NCBI RefSeq assembly: GCF_037042905.1
Contig: NC_087250.1
Coordinates: 11,534,001-11,598,000, forward strand
Source of the DNA: Lytechinus pictus
Lineage: Eukaryota
DNA length: 64,000 bases
Direction: 5' to 3'
In this document: positions 10,610-22,835 of the stretch, piece after piece
How positions within the stretch are numbered: the stretch's first letter is position 1
Layout of the letters: each line of letters begins with the position of its first letter
Made by a program: the position numbers and the translations under genes
Notes under the pieces: generated by a model
What the model was told of the DNA's origin: nothing
Database searches by the model: none
What the model saw: the letters and a program-made list of their open reading frames with translations, nothing else

Positions 10610-11137
10610 TCAACAATCAAAAGATGCTAGCAATAATTTTGCCAATGAAGAGCATTGCTGGTTCAGAGGTGATCGCCAAAGCTGTCACATGGATGATGCA
10701 GTTGTGCCGCTCTGCAGAGTCCGACAGAACTTCACAGAAACCTTGGAAAGATATCACTTACGTACAGGTATCCTGTACAGAAATAATTGTGTGTGAATAC
10801 ATTGTAGTATTCAAAATAGTCTACTCGTATCGTAAAGAACATGCAAATTATTTGTAGTAATGTCCACGCAAAATTATCTCGCAATGTACATTAAAGACAG
10901 TTTGGAGGGTTTTTATTTACACAACACGCTTCCTTCATTCCGAAACTCAATGTACTGTGCCAAACTTAGCTTACGTAAGCAGCACTACTTATTTGTTTAC
11001 TCGTTTGTTAACATTAGTTTTGGGGTACTGAATGCCAACCAAACTGTTGTTTTGGAAACCACACATCGATTTGTACGCACACACTTGTGTATTTAAAGTG
11101 AATGGATGTGGAAATACGGAACCAATACGTCTGACTG

Positions 11138-11143
11138 AATAAA
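11138..11143 (+). terminator. Candidate proximal polyadenylation signal of the BICRA-like gene
   Basis: AATAAA about 530 nt after the stop, followed by GT/T-rich sequence; a second candidate AATAAA lies at 12621-12626. Confidence 0.45.
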
Positions 11144-11309
11144 GCGCTGCTATGCAAAGTGAACAGTGGTTCCTTATTTTTACGTTGTGTTATTTTAAGC
11201 TGCCTTGTCATTCAAAGAGTAAATTGTAATTTAATGCAATTAATACATGGAAACTAAACTGAAATCAGAGCAATGATAGAATTGGATTTGTACCGAGATT
11301 ACTGATACA

Positions 11310-11723
11310 GGTGGGCATTTCATAAAGCTGTTCGTAATTTAAGAGCGACATAAAGACTTATCCTGCCAATCAGAGACATGTACCATGCAAGATACCGTCC
11401 ATACGGCACTCTGACAGAGTATATAAGGCCTGCTTTTACAACTTTGCTCATTCTCATGAAGACGACAAGAACACACTTGTCGAAACGTCGAGATTGGGTG
11501 GTCCTTTTCAGGACCAACACTTGCCCAAGAAAGATACATGGTGTACCGTGAAACCTACTTCACTATTCTTCTTCGCCATGGAAACCTTCAGAAGTTACAC
11601 GATCCTCGTGGTAAATGGTACACACCAAAATATTCATTAGCGACGTTTATTTGAGTAAGAAAGGATCACCAGTCGTTCGTACAGTTGGTCTTAACTTCCG
11701 AACAGCCTTATGAAACGCCTACC
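11310..11723. mobile_element. MITE interrupted by a Penelope-like pseudo-LTR fragment (about 11350-11600)
   Basis: TIRs GGTGGGCATTTCATAAAGCTGTTCGTAA / TTCCGAACAGCCTTATGAAACGCCTACC; the insert has CCAATCAG, TATATAAG, a hammerhead-like motif and a GAAACCTTCAGAAGTTACAC end. Confidence 0.65.
11446..11499 (+). ncRNA. Minimal type I hammerhead-ribozyme-like motif (Penelope-like element type), with a core variant
   Basis: Stem I GCTCATTCTC/GAGATTGGGT, core ATGAAGA-C, stem II GACAAG-aacaca-CTTGTC, GAAA, then CGTC. Confidence 0.55.
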
Positions 11724-13200
11724 AGTTGTTTTATTTTGTGCCATCTAATGGCCAAAGATGGCCACAAGTAGAGTTCGAACCTTGGGATGCCACTGAAAAA
11801 ATACCCCCCCCCCCCCCAACAAAAAGCTCAATCTCCATTGGGTCTTGGTCACTTAACTTACATTCTTCTAAAAACCTTAAGAAATAATTCGATTTTCCGC
11901 CATATTTAGGTGTCCTGCAAGAATTTCTGTTTTAGTGGTACATACCTGTCAACTGTTCCTTTTTAAAATCCTCATTTGTGGTGAAAAAGAGAATAATTTC
12001 ACCCACTGTCTCCCCAATTTTTATCTAAAATCTATCTTTACTGATAATGTGTAAGAAACTCTGCTGAGTGTGCAGTGTCCTGTTTACAGCCTATGATTTC
12101 TCAGTTGTCCAACTTTCTTAGGTATCAAGGTTGGCAAACATATAATGTTAGCACACATATGCACCAAAGTATTTCTTAAGAATTGTTCAGTAGGTAATAT
12201 TGAAATTTAGCACTTACATTTTTGACATTGCGTTTTGTGATATAATCAATTGCAATATTTTTGTTCATTCTTGCAAGCGTGTAATTGACATTGTTGTCAT
12301 GCCGTTATTATTTAATATTTTCAGACATTGTTAACACTGTCTTCTTGCAAACAATGTGCCAAACCCCCCCCCCCGCCCCCCTCAAGATCACAGCGTTTGA
12401 CTCTACATGTACCAATGTGCACATCACGTATTATGTAATCAACAAAATTGAATGGTCAGTTTCTCTGATATATTTGAAGAAGAACAATATTTTAAAGATT
12501 ATTTTTATGGTATATTTCAATTTAATTCTGAATAATTTTTTGAAATTTTGATTTTGATGTACGAATCATGTGACATAAAAATCATTGAAAAAGAAATACT
12601 GTTACATATAAAGAGAGGAGAATAAACATAATTATTTGTACCCTTTGTTGAAATGATAGGTCTATTGACCCGATTTGGTCATTTAATTGCAGCAGAAATT
12701 GGCAATACCACCATTTTTGTTTATTTATCACTAGTTTGACTACATTTTTGCAACTGACAAAGTGTTTGCCATTGAATTGTAGCTATGTCTCTATAGATCT
12801 GGAACAAAAAAAAACAACAGACATTGATTTTTACAACATGTGTAATGTGGGCAATTTCCCCAAACTTATCAACCTTTTTTTTATTTTATGTGAACCCCTG
12901 TTTTACTCAATTTGTGCTTTGCTTCATGAACTACTCAGGCAAAGATATTTGCGACCAGGCCCTGTCTTGCAAAGATTTACGATTGATCCATTCAACCTCA
13001 TGTGGGAAATTTTTTTATTTTCCTCCACATTGGGGCTATTCCGGAAGTTTGGGCTCTCTCATTTTAAGGGCTACTTTTCAGGGGTAACGAAGAAGAAATT
13101 ATGCAGCAAAAGCAACTCATTATTCTGCCATAGTTGGAATGTTGATTTTCTGTATAATCTTCTTGTTGGGGACAGATCTTTGAGTGACTCTAGAGAGAAT

Positions 13201-13440
13201 GGGTGATTTCAAGTCCGGTGTTGGCCTTGGTGTTGGTGTTAGTGTTGAAATTTGGATTGCTTCCCCTAGCTCCAAAACTAATTCAGATTTTGTAAAACTT
13301 ATCCAGATCACATGATTGACATCTCAACAACTAGTGAATGACTTTTCGGGACCATCTTGATGTTATTTTTGGTGTTATAATCGTGTAAAAATTGACCTAA
13401 CACCAACACCAAAAGGTCAACACTGAACTTGAAATCACCC
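13201..13440. mobile_element. MITE with a 3-bp TSD (PIF/Harbinger-like), nested in older repeats (about 12957-13640)
   Basis: TIRs GGGTGATTTCAAGT / ACTTGAAATCACCC, flanked by AAT on both sides. Confidence 0.8.
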
Positions 13441-13780
13441 AATGGTTGCCCTAAAGCAGGCTTTTTAGGGGGGACTTCTCGGGGCGATTTGGGCTGCCAT
13501 GAGGGCGAAATCGCCCGTTGCCCTCTGAAGCACACTGAATTGTCAAGACAACAATGAACATCATATCTAGAAAGCATTTTGATCAAACATGCATTTTAGA
13601 TGTTGGCATTGCTGGCTTTCCACACCTGTGGTTCATCAGATCGAAGCAATCGCGCATATCTATATTCTATAGAAAGAAACTAATCCGAGATATGAAAAGG
13701 AGCAATTAAGGAATAGTCTTTCATACCCTCCCATCTTCTTTCTTCCTGTTGGTAGTCTGCTGGCACAGACCCTGATTTAA

Positions 13781-13865
13781 AATATCCAAGTCCTTTGGAA
13801 GCGCATAGAGACATTATTCATAATTGTGATATGCGCTATACAAGAACTGTGTATTATTATTATTA
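13781..13865 (+). mobile_element. 5'-truncated SINE tail
   Basis: Almost identical to 15622-15706, ending in (TAT)n. Confidence 0.85.
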
Positions 13866-14166
13866 ACTTAAATTAATGGATCTTGAGACAAGCCTACATT
13901 GTAGATAAAATGTGGAACTTCAGTATACATGTCCCAGTCTGGACCTTAGACTACAAGTTCAGACTTTTTTTTTAGTGAAAGGGTATGGGGGACGAGGAAG
14001 AATATGTTACAATAAGCAAAATAATCATTATTTTCTTAGGAAAACGGGTTATATTTCTCCTGAAATAATGTGTTGAGTCGGCTCTGAATTTAAATATGTA
14101 AGAGCAACATTCAGTGTTGTGTCATTTGGTTGCTTCATCCACAAAAGTTGGAATAGAACTTTTGAC

Positions 14167-14392
14167 CAGCGGCATACGCAGGGGGGGGGGGGGGTTGCAG
14201 GGGTTCAACCCCCCCTTAAATCTTTTGATACCCTACCCCCCCTAAAATATTTTGGAACACCCTTTTTTGCTTGTCCAACTTTTTGAGATACGTACAAAAC
14301 GACATAAAATTTGTGGTGAAGACTTTTTTTTGGTTGTCAACATTTCATTTAGCTTGAAACCCCCCCTTAAAAAAATCCTGCGTACGCGACTG
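14167..14392. mobile_element. hAT-type MITE
   Basis: TIRs CAGCGGCATACGCAGG / CCTGCGTACGCGACTG; 8-bp TSD CTTTTGAC/CTTTTAAC. Confidence 0.8.
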
Positions 14393-14501
14393 CTTTTAAC
14401 AATATATGTTTTCACAGATATGTTTCAACTGTCATAAGGGGAGAAAATGCATCAAGAGTGATGCCTAACCCTTTTTTAATGTTACAGATCTGTGGGTTCC
14501 A

Positions 14502-14830
14502 TGACATTTGCTCCGGTGACAATTACTCTGCTATAAATTCCACACAAATGGAATGACCAACTTTAACCTTGGATTTAACACTATACCCTACCCTAAACCC
14601 ATGGACCTACTAGGTCCATGCTAAATCTCACTATACCCTACCCTAAACCCATGGACCTACTAGGTCCATGCTAAATCTAACATATAATGTTATTACCACC
14701 CTAAACTTATGTCCCATGGACCTACTAGGTCCATGCTAAGCCTAACCTATAAGGTTATTTCAAACCTAACCCTACGTCTTAGACGAAATAAAGCCCGGAG
14801 CAATTGTCGCCAGAGCAAATGTTGTGTCAC
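14502..14830. mobile_element. Short inverted-repeat element with a CCCTAA-like internal tract (Helentron/MITE-like), carrying three 21-bp palindromes
   Basis: Inverted repeats ACATTTGCTCCGGTGACAATT / AATTGTCGCCAGAGCAAATGT; second family member at 60287-60480. Confidence 0.75.
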
Positions 14831-15398
14831 CTACAGATGAATGATGTATGCTATTTTTAATTTTGTTGAATTTCTAGAAATTATTTTTGGAGGCAGTGTG
14901 CCGGAGAGAATACCAAATATTGGTATAAAGCCAGACCTTGGCAAATTTTGCGACCGTGTTAGATATTATTTTGAGAAAGTTTATATTTTGCTACTCGCAC
15001 TGCAGAAAAAGGTCTGTATCGTGTCTTGTGCATTTTGTGGTCTACGTATATGTGTTTGTCATAGGTCTGTTGTCATTGTAAGGTATTTTTATGTTTCTGT
15101 TTTTCTTTCGTGGTGGACAAAAGGAAAGAGAGAAATAATAAAAAAAGTTACAAAGTGTATGATTAAAGGCTATGTGTTGTTTACTTCATCATGTGTATGA
15201 TTTTTAGTTGCGTGCCAAGAAATCATGTAATTTGAGTATTTACAAGTGACTTTGTGCAAGTCAAATTTTATCGGGATTACATCTCCGACTTAAAAAGAAT
15301 TTGATTTGGAAGAGGTTGATAATAATTATGATGGGGGTGGGGTGTCCGGACACTTGAAACTTTTGAAGCCTTCTTTTGGCTTTTTGATTACACAAAGC

Positions 15399-15706
15399 GT
15401 GGAGCGTTGTGGCAAAGTGGATTAGTCTCCGGACTTTGAAACAGAGGGTCGTGGGTTCGAATCCCAGCCATGGCGTAATTTCCTTTGGCAAGAAATTTAT
15501 CCACATTGTGCTGCACTCAAGCCAGGTGAGGTGAATGGGTACCTGGTAGGAATTTATTCCTTGAAATGCGTGTGCGCTGTAATCTTAGTAATTACGGCTG
15601 CCAAGCTACAGCTGGGGTAATAATATCCAAGTCCTTTGGAAGCGCATAGAGACATTATTCATAATTGTGATATGCGCTATACAAGAACTGTTTATTATTA
15701 TTATTA
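15399..15706 (+). mobile_element. Full-length tRNA-derived SINE (Gln-like head, Deu-like core, L2/CR1-type tail)
   Basis: A box TGGCAAAGTGG, B box GGTTCGAATCCC, core CACTCAAGCCAGGTGAGGTGAATGGGTACC, (TTA)n tail. Confidence 0.88.
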
Positions 15707-15794
15707 CAAAAAAATATTAATTCAATTTTTAAAAGTTTTGTTCTCTGTAACATTGCTTAACATTTTATACTAAAAATTGATGCAACTGTTCTTG

Positions 15795-16388
15795 TTAAAG
15801 GACAAGTCCACCCCAACAAAAGTTGATTTGAATAAAAAGAGAAAAATCCAACAAGCATAACACTGAAAATTTCATCAAAATCGGATGTAAAATAAGAAAG
15901 TTATGACATTTTAAAATTTAGCTAAATTTCACAAAAAAGTTATATGCACATCCTGACTGGTATGCAAATGAGGAGGCTAAGACGTCATCCACTGACTATT
16001 TCTTTTGTATCTTATTACATGAAATATGAAATATTCTAATTTTCTCCTCACTGTCAAGTGATACAAGGATTAATTCCTCTCTGAACATGTGGAATTAGCA
16101 TTTTTTAATACTATTTGGTTCAGTCGAGTTGTTCCTTATTGTCAAATCTATAAAAAATGAAATATTGTATAATTCAAACAATAAAAAACAAAAGAAATAG
16201 TGAGTGATGGACATCATCGACTGACCTAGTTGTGCATATCACTGTTTTGTGAAAAATAAGCGAAACTTTAAAATGTCATAACTTTCTTATTAGACATCCG
16301 ATTTTGATGATATTTTCAGCACTATGCTAGTTAGATTTTTCTCTATTTATTCAAGTCAGCATTTTCCTGGGGTGGACTTGACCTTTAA
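15795..16388. mobile_element. Complete TTAA-flanked long-TIR MITE (Kolobok-like)
   Basis: TTAA|AGGACAAGTCCACCCC ... GGGGTGGACTTGACCT|TTAA with inverted arms longer than 100 bp. Confidence 0.9.
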
Positions 16389-17046
16389 CTTTTCCAAATA
16401 GTTGTTTTTAAAATTGATTTTCCGGAGACTCCGGACACACAACTGGGTATACAGTTGCTTTGATTTGGGTGAATATGTGATTTACAAAATGAAAGAGGGA
16501 AGTAGAGAGAGGAAGAGAAAAGGTTAAAAGAGGGTTCAAGAGAGGGAGAGAGAAATGTTGGAAGAGAGTCAGAGAAAGAAAAAGTGAATGAGGGAACAAG
16601 ATAGGAATGGGGTGAGAAGGCAAGTGTGTGTGAAAGAGGAGAGAGGGATAGGATAGAAAAACAAAGAAATAGGACGAGAGAGAGGGAAGATCTCTGAAAT
16701 TCATGAGGGATTGCAGAAAATTCATTACAGATTCCAAGTCCTGGGCAGTCTGAAATGGGGGAAAAATCCATTTTCATCTCCAGTATGTCTTGGTTTTGGC
16801 TCTTGCTTATTCGATCTCTCTTTCTTCCTTATTTTCTTCTCTTTCCTCTTAGTCTTAATTCTTTCCCTGGCGCATTATTTTACCTCCTCGAAATCTGTCC
16901 ATTTCTCCTATTGCCTGCTTTTTAATATCTCCCTGCCCCCCTCCCCATTTTCTCTCTATGTGGACTCCTCTCTCTCTCTCCCTCCTCTCATCTTACCCCC
17001 TCTCTCTCCCCCTCCCCCTCTCTCCCCCTTCATCCCCTCTCCCCAT

Positions 17047-17195
17047 GTGGAGCGTTGTGACCCAGTGGATTATTCTCCCAACTTTGAAACAGGGTTGTGG
17101 GTTCAAATCCTTCATATCCTTTGTCCTTTGGAAGTGCATTGAGATGTTGTTCATAATGTGTTATTGCGCTATACAAGAACCGACTATTATTATTA
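17047..17195 (+). mobile_element. Internally deleted SINE (head joined to tail) within a CT-rich tract
   Basis: Head matches 15399-15475 and tail matches 15625-15706; the core is missing. Confidence 0.8.
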
Positions 17196-17564
17196 CCCAT
17201 TCTCTCTCCATATCTTACCCCTTCTCTCTCCCCCTCTCCCAATTTTACCATTCCCTTTCCTCTCTCCCCCGGCCTTCTCATTGATTCTCCCTCTTTCCCC
17301 CTCCCATCTCTCTCTCCCTCTTCTATCTCTCTCTCTCTCTCTCCCTTGCCTCCCTTTCTCACTCAATTTGCTTTGCATCTCCTTACTAATTTAGACACAG
17401 TCACACCCAACAAACCTACACCCATTTGACCAACGATATCCCATTTGTCATAACATAATAACTTTGATCTATCCGGGGTCGGTTTTGTTGGATGTGACTG
17501 CAGCATCACATAACACAATTAACTTGAAATAAACATTCCAAAACTATTTATATCCTGAGAGCAA

Positions 17565-20500
17565 ACATATTTTTTTTTACTTTTTTTTATTTCTCTCCAA
17601 ACACCTGTATTTTATACATCATTCATATATTAACATCTTCAAAAAATGTCAAAATTTACAGATCAAAACTCCAGAAAAACAGCAGAAAAAAAACATGGTT
17701 CCACAAGCATGGCCAAATGCACAGGGAAACGTGACCAAAAAATGACGTAAAATAAAGAAATAATACAAAGCAAGCAGAAAGACAACAACTTTCTGTGCCA
17801 AACTTAACACAATCCTTACGCTTGCAAATATAGCTTGCACGCATATTTTTAGGGCACATGTACACACATTGTGCAAAAAAGAAAATTATAACCAGATTAC
17901 TGTCATGATTTTATAAAAGGTCTAATCCAGCAACCCTTTCATTTCGACACATAATTCCTTACTATGGGCCACAAATAATGGGCAATAACCCTATGAATAG
18001 AATCATTTAAAGTTTCATCTTCATCTAGCCTGATACATTTATTAACGGAGGCAAAAAAAAACCTCAACAACAAGACATTGAGGACATTTGAAGTTGAGTA
18101 ATCCTATTAAAAAAAACAAAAAACAAATATGAATATGATATACCCAACAATAATTAAAGGCACAACCAAATAGAAAATAGTGAAAATATGATTGTCATGA
18201 TTATAATGGGGAGGGGGGGAGGGGAGTAGACTTGAAGGAAAATAATAAAAGCCAAACACCTCTTATCCCTGCCCCTACAACAAAATAGATTTAATTCAAT
18301 AAAGGAATAAATGAATGAATAAGATGAATGAAATTCTAGAGTAATGCATTTATCTGGGAATTGTTAGTGAAGATTCCCTGCATTAATTAATGAAGTATTG
18401 TAGATTAAACCAGGTCAGAAACTGTGATAAAATTGAAGTTTTTACTAGAAATCTGCTTTCCTCCCTAAGCTAGCGTAATAAATGTATGTAATCCAGCTCT
18501 TTCATTCATATCGACAGGTTTTTAGGCAAAATATGGTCGCAATTTGGAATGACGATACACACCTTAAGATCATCCTTCTCACAAACAAAACAAAAATGTG
18601 TGAAACAAAAATAAATATATAATGCCTAATTGCTAATCTAAGATTTCTAGAAAAATGGCAATATAACCCCCCCCCTCCCCCCCGACCCCAGTGCACATAC
18701 AGTTTAAGAAAATTTTGTGAAAAATATTTTTATAACTAACCAACACTTGCTAAAGTCATATTTCAAACAAATGTAATGTTAAACCAACTTTTATTCTTGT
18801 GAGGAATGAAATACAATGAATCAATTGCAACAAGAATCACCTTGCTTGTCAAGAGACAAATATTGGAAATACATATTTTGAAGAAAAAAAATTACACAAA
18901 CAAAAAAGTGAAAACTCAGAAAATAGAGAATGGCATTCGAAAGCACTGGAAATACTGTGTGTATATACACAATTCATATTGCACAAAAAAACTCACGCGC
19001 ACACTGATTAATTTGGTTGATGGTAAAAAAATCTCGCATTAATTGGGCAAACTCCAACTAAGATAACTATATATACAAATCATGATCTCTGTTATATATC
19101 ATCTACATTAATAACAAATTGGACCCAATCACATTGACAAAACAAGACCAATAATAGTTAACAATGAACTTGCTTTAGAAAATGACCCTGCATTAACTTA
19201 AATGACAATGTATTTAAGATTGACAGTCACAAATCAAAATTTTACTAAATCCATTTAGAAAAAAAAAAGACTATAAAGGAAAAATAGAACAAACTCTGAA
19301 TTCATTCTTTGACTTTCGAGGGGGAAAGGGTTACATTATATCTTTATCACAAAGGACATATTATTTATCTCTTCTTGTTTAAAACAAACAGAAGCTACCA
19401 TGGATCTAAAGTGTTTTATAGGACAAAAAATATAATGAAAGACAAAATTCCAAATGGAAAGAGAATTTTGATTTGCTACAACTCTCTGCTGCCCAATCAT
19501 AACAAAAAGGAAACATCATTTATAAATTCATTAAGAAATCAAGTGGCATTTTTAAAAACATACATGTAATAATATATTGATGGCACATGGAATTCACTGT
19601 ACTTTACACACTGGCAATGTAGAAAAATATCTACTTCGAGTATGCAAATGTAATATTTTAATGGTTTTTATGTACTTCAATTCATTTAATGTATTTTCTT
19701 AGACATTCAGTGGAATGGAATAGAAAATCAATCTTATAAAAAAAAGCAAACATTCAAAACTATGAATAATAATTGCAATATGACTGGCTTAGCTGGGCCC
19801 ATCTCTCTATATACATGTATATCGTTTGACTTAATTCGAACGGTACATTCTTAATTACAGCTATTAGGATGTTTTAAGCAACTGGAGGGGAAGGGGGGGC
19901 ATTTCATAAAGTTTCTTATTGATTACTGATTTTCACTGGCTACTAATTGGCCAATCAGATGATCTGATTTCAATAGCTTATAACAATAGTCAATGGATAT
20001 CACCAACTATTTGCTCAAGGAAATGCTCCCTTTTTAAATTCAATTTGAATCCTGAAGATTTACTTTTGAATCTCAAATGATTTGGAATGATTAATATGGC
20101 AAAATAGAAGAAAAGGCAAGAATTCTGTTTTTTCACAAATATTATTCCCTTTCTCTCTCAAAGCAATAAGAAAATATCACGAAATAGAGGGCCTGGGTCA
20201 AAGATACCGCACCATCCACCCCCTAGCCAAAAGATTGAATAAAAAACTCTAGAAATGACTCAATATGCTCTTAGAAGCTTTATCTGATCAGGGTCAGTTA
20301 TTAACAGAAAACTTTGTGATTGGTCATACAATTGATTTTACACTGTGGTCAATGTAGTCAATCATTTAAATTCAATCTATGAATAATTGCTAAGCTTGGT
20401 GTAACAGTTATTTTAGTGACAATGGCTTTGGCATACTTTAGTTTCAGGCAAAATTTTATCTGTGACTGAACATGTTATGTTACCTTGGTTTACATGGAAA

Positions 20501-22835
20501 GATTTATTCAAAATTGACAAAGGAATTCATTTTTTCTTATCATGATTTGATACAAGTTGGCAATATGGTCTTGTTATCATTGGTGTGGAATGAGATCATG
20601 AATGCTCAATATTAACATTCTCTAAAAATATTACAATATGCAGCAACATGGTCTGAAATAAAGACTATAATGATTTCATACTGGCAAATAGCATGAAATA
20701 AAAATGCAATAATAAATTACATAACTGATGCAGAGGTCACTGGCTAAAACTATCTCATCTACGAACTAAAAGGTATCAAACTGCACTGCACGAATGTGTA
20801 TGAACATAACATCTGGACCCGGTAACACTTAAGAGATGCAATCAATTTTAGGAACGACAATTGGTCGTAAGTGTAAATCTATGGAAAACTGTGTACACAA
20901 AGTTACAATCAATTGTAGTTACATATTGATTGCATCTTTTTATGTTACTGTGTCTTGGAATGGTGAAGGAAAAAAATAATACTTCAATACTTTTCTCATC
21001 AAATAATTGCCCCGTGTAGAGTTTTAAAATCAAATCTCTAACTTTGCACAGCACACAAAATGTATGAACAACTTAAATACAGCGAATAAATAATATTTCA
21101 AAAATCATCCCTTTCTCACAGAGCAAATATACATATAATAAAGATTTCAATACTCAATTGGAATGTGAAAGAAATATGGTATTTAGAAATACTTCAAATT
21201 CTATATGAGATTTCCATTTTTGATACAACTAGATAAAATATATAGTACGCGCATCTTCTTAGCAACAGGATATTGTATGAGCACAAAATAAGTTTAAAAT
21301 TGGAGATAATGATATAGTTTCGAATATTAGAAGCTTATAGTTGTCTCAAATGTATATTTTGACTGAGAAAGTCCTGAATTTACAATTTAAAAATATTTCA
21401 GCCTTAATGCAACTACATATCTCTTGGTCAAAAATATATTATTTTATTGCAAAAAATGAATAATTCTATTACATTCTCAACACAAATGTATCGTGAAAAG
21501 GGCTTTAGATTTTAGACTTGAATTTTGAATGAAAAAAAAAAATTGTTTTATAATGGGAAATTAATTTTATGTTTTTTTTTCAAATTGATCAGCAAGTACA
21601 ATGATTTAAAACAGAAGTAGCCACAATCAAATCCATACCACATCGACTATACTTCTCCATGCAAATAGATAATGAATATTCATAATCTATTAATCTATTT
21701 CTAATCTGAATACATTTACATATCATTATCTTTTTCAGTAACATGTAGAGGTAGACATGAAAAACTTAGAAAACATCCAGATTTATTGCAGAAGATTTTT
21801 TTTCTCCAGTTTTCAAAGAGCACACATTCTTCAATAACTTACTCTCTTCCTAAAAGTGCTATGTCTCCCTCTGTTGGTCAATAAGCATTAGCTTTTAATA
21901 CCACAGCCCAATGCAACAGATTTTTTTATTCCACTCTCTCCAATAAATAACATGTCCCAATAAACAACTTTTGAATAGCATTACACTTATTTCAACATGG
22001 TGCAAAACCTATTGCGCTTGTGAAATTTCAGCCTTAGAATTTTCATTTTCAGTAACCAGTAACTTTATTTTTCAGCCAGGATAGTGTTTTTTCCTACATT
22101 TGATTTAATTTCATAAAAGAGGTGGTGTCAGCAAAATTGTGCGATATAAACTTGCGTTAAGAAATGCCAACATCACATGAACATGAGCAATTTGGTGTTG
22201 TACTTTACTTGTCGTCCTTACCCAGGCAATAGGATGTATAGGTTAGCAAAAAAGAATAGATGATAAGCCCCACCCATTTTGCACACTGCACTTAAAACCT
22301 GAAGACTGACAAGGAACCCATTTTGCACACAGCACACTGAAGTGAAAACATCATTAAACCCTGTTAAGAAGATACTTTGATAGATTCAAATGGAAAATAA
22401 ATAATTCTCCTGCCTTCGATTGTTAATCACGACAACAGTATGAAGATATGATGGCGCAGCATCATTGTCATGGCAACCGGAGACCGCATATCAGCCTTAT
22501 TTCCCTCACTTGTACTGGTACTTTGGATCTTCAAGATAGAACCTACAGAGTGACAAGAACTTGACTTGATTTTTTTCTGGAACAGCTTGATACCGGTCGA
22601 TCCAACTGTTGCAAGTCCAGGATTTGGCTCATGCTGATGTCGATTCTGAGTCGTTTAGCAATCCCATCTTCAGTTAGGCTTGGAAAAAGGGATTAACGCT
22701 CACACACTTACTATTCCTCAAAATGAACACTAGCGGGGGACGACGGGCGACTCCGCTCTTTGGTCACGAGAAACACTTGGGACACACCCGGCAACGTCCT
22801 TCTCCGACATGCGCCCCGCCCATCCGTCATCACAG
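17565..22835 (-). other. onecut: Probable long 3' UTR of onecut
   Basis: U-rich on the minus strand and mostly repeat-poor; minus-strand AATAAA at 17591-17586, with several more proximal candidates; the end is uncertain. Confidence 0.4.

Noticed and set aside
10160..10796. Overlapping alternative-frame and antisense ORFs
   Set aside because: Shadows of the GC-rich BICRA terminal exon
15401..15480. Possible tRNA-Gln gene (also at 49875-49951 and 4085-4153)
   Set aside because: Acceptor stems do not pair well, and each continues into a SINE core and tail
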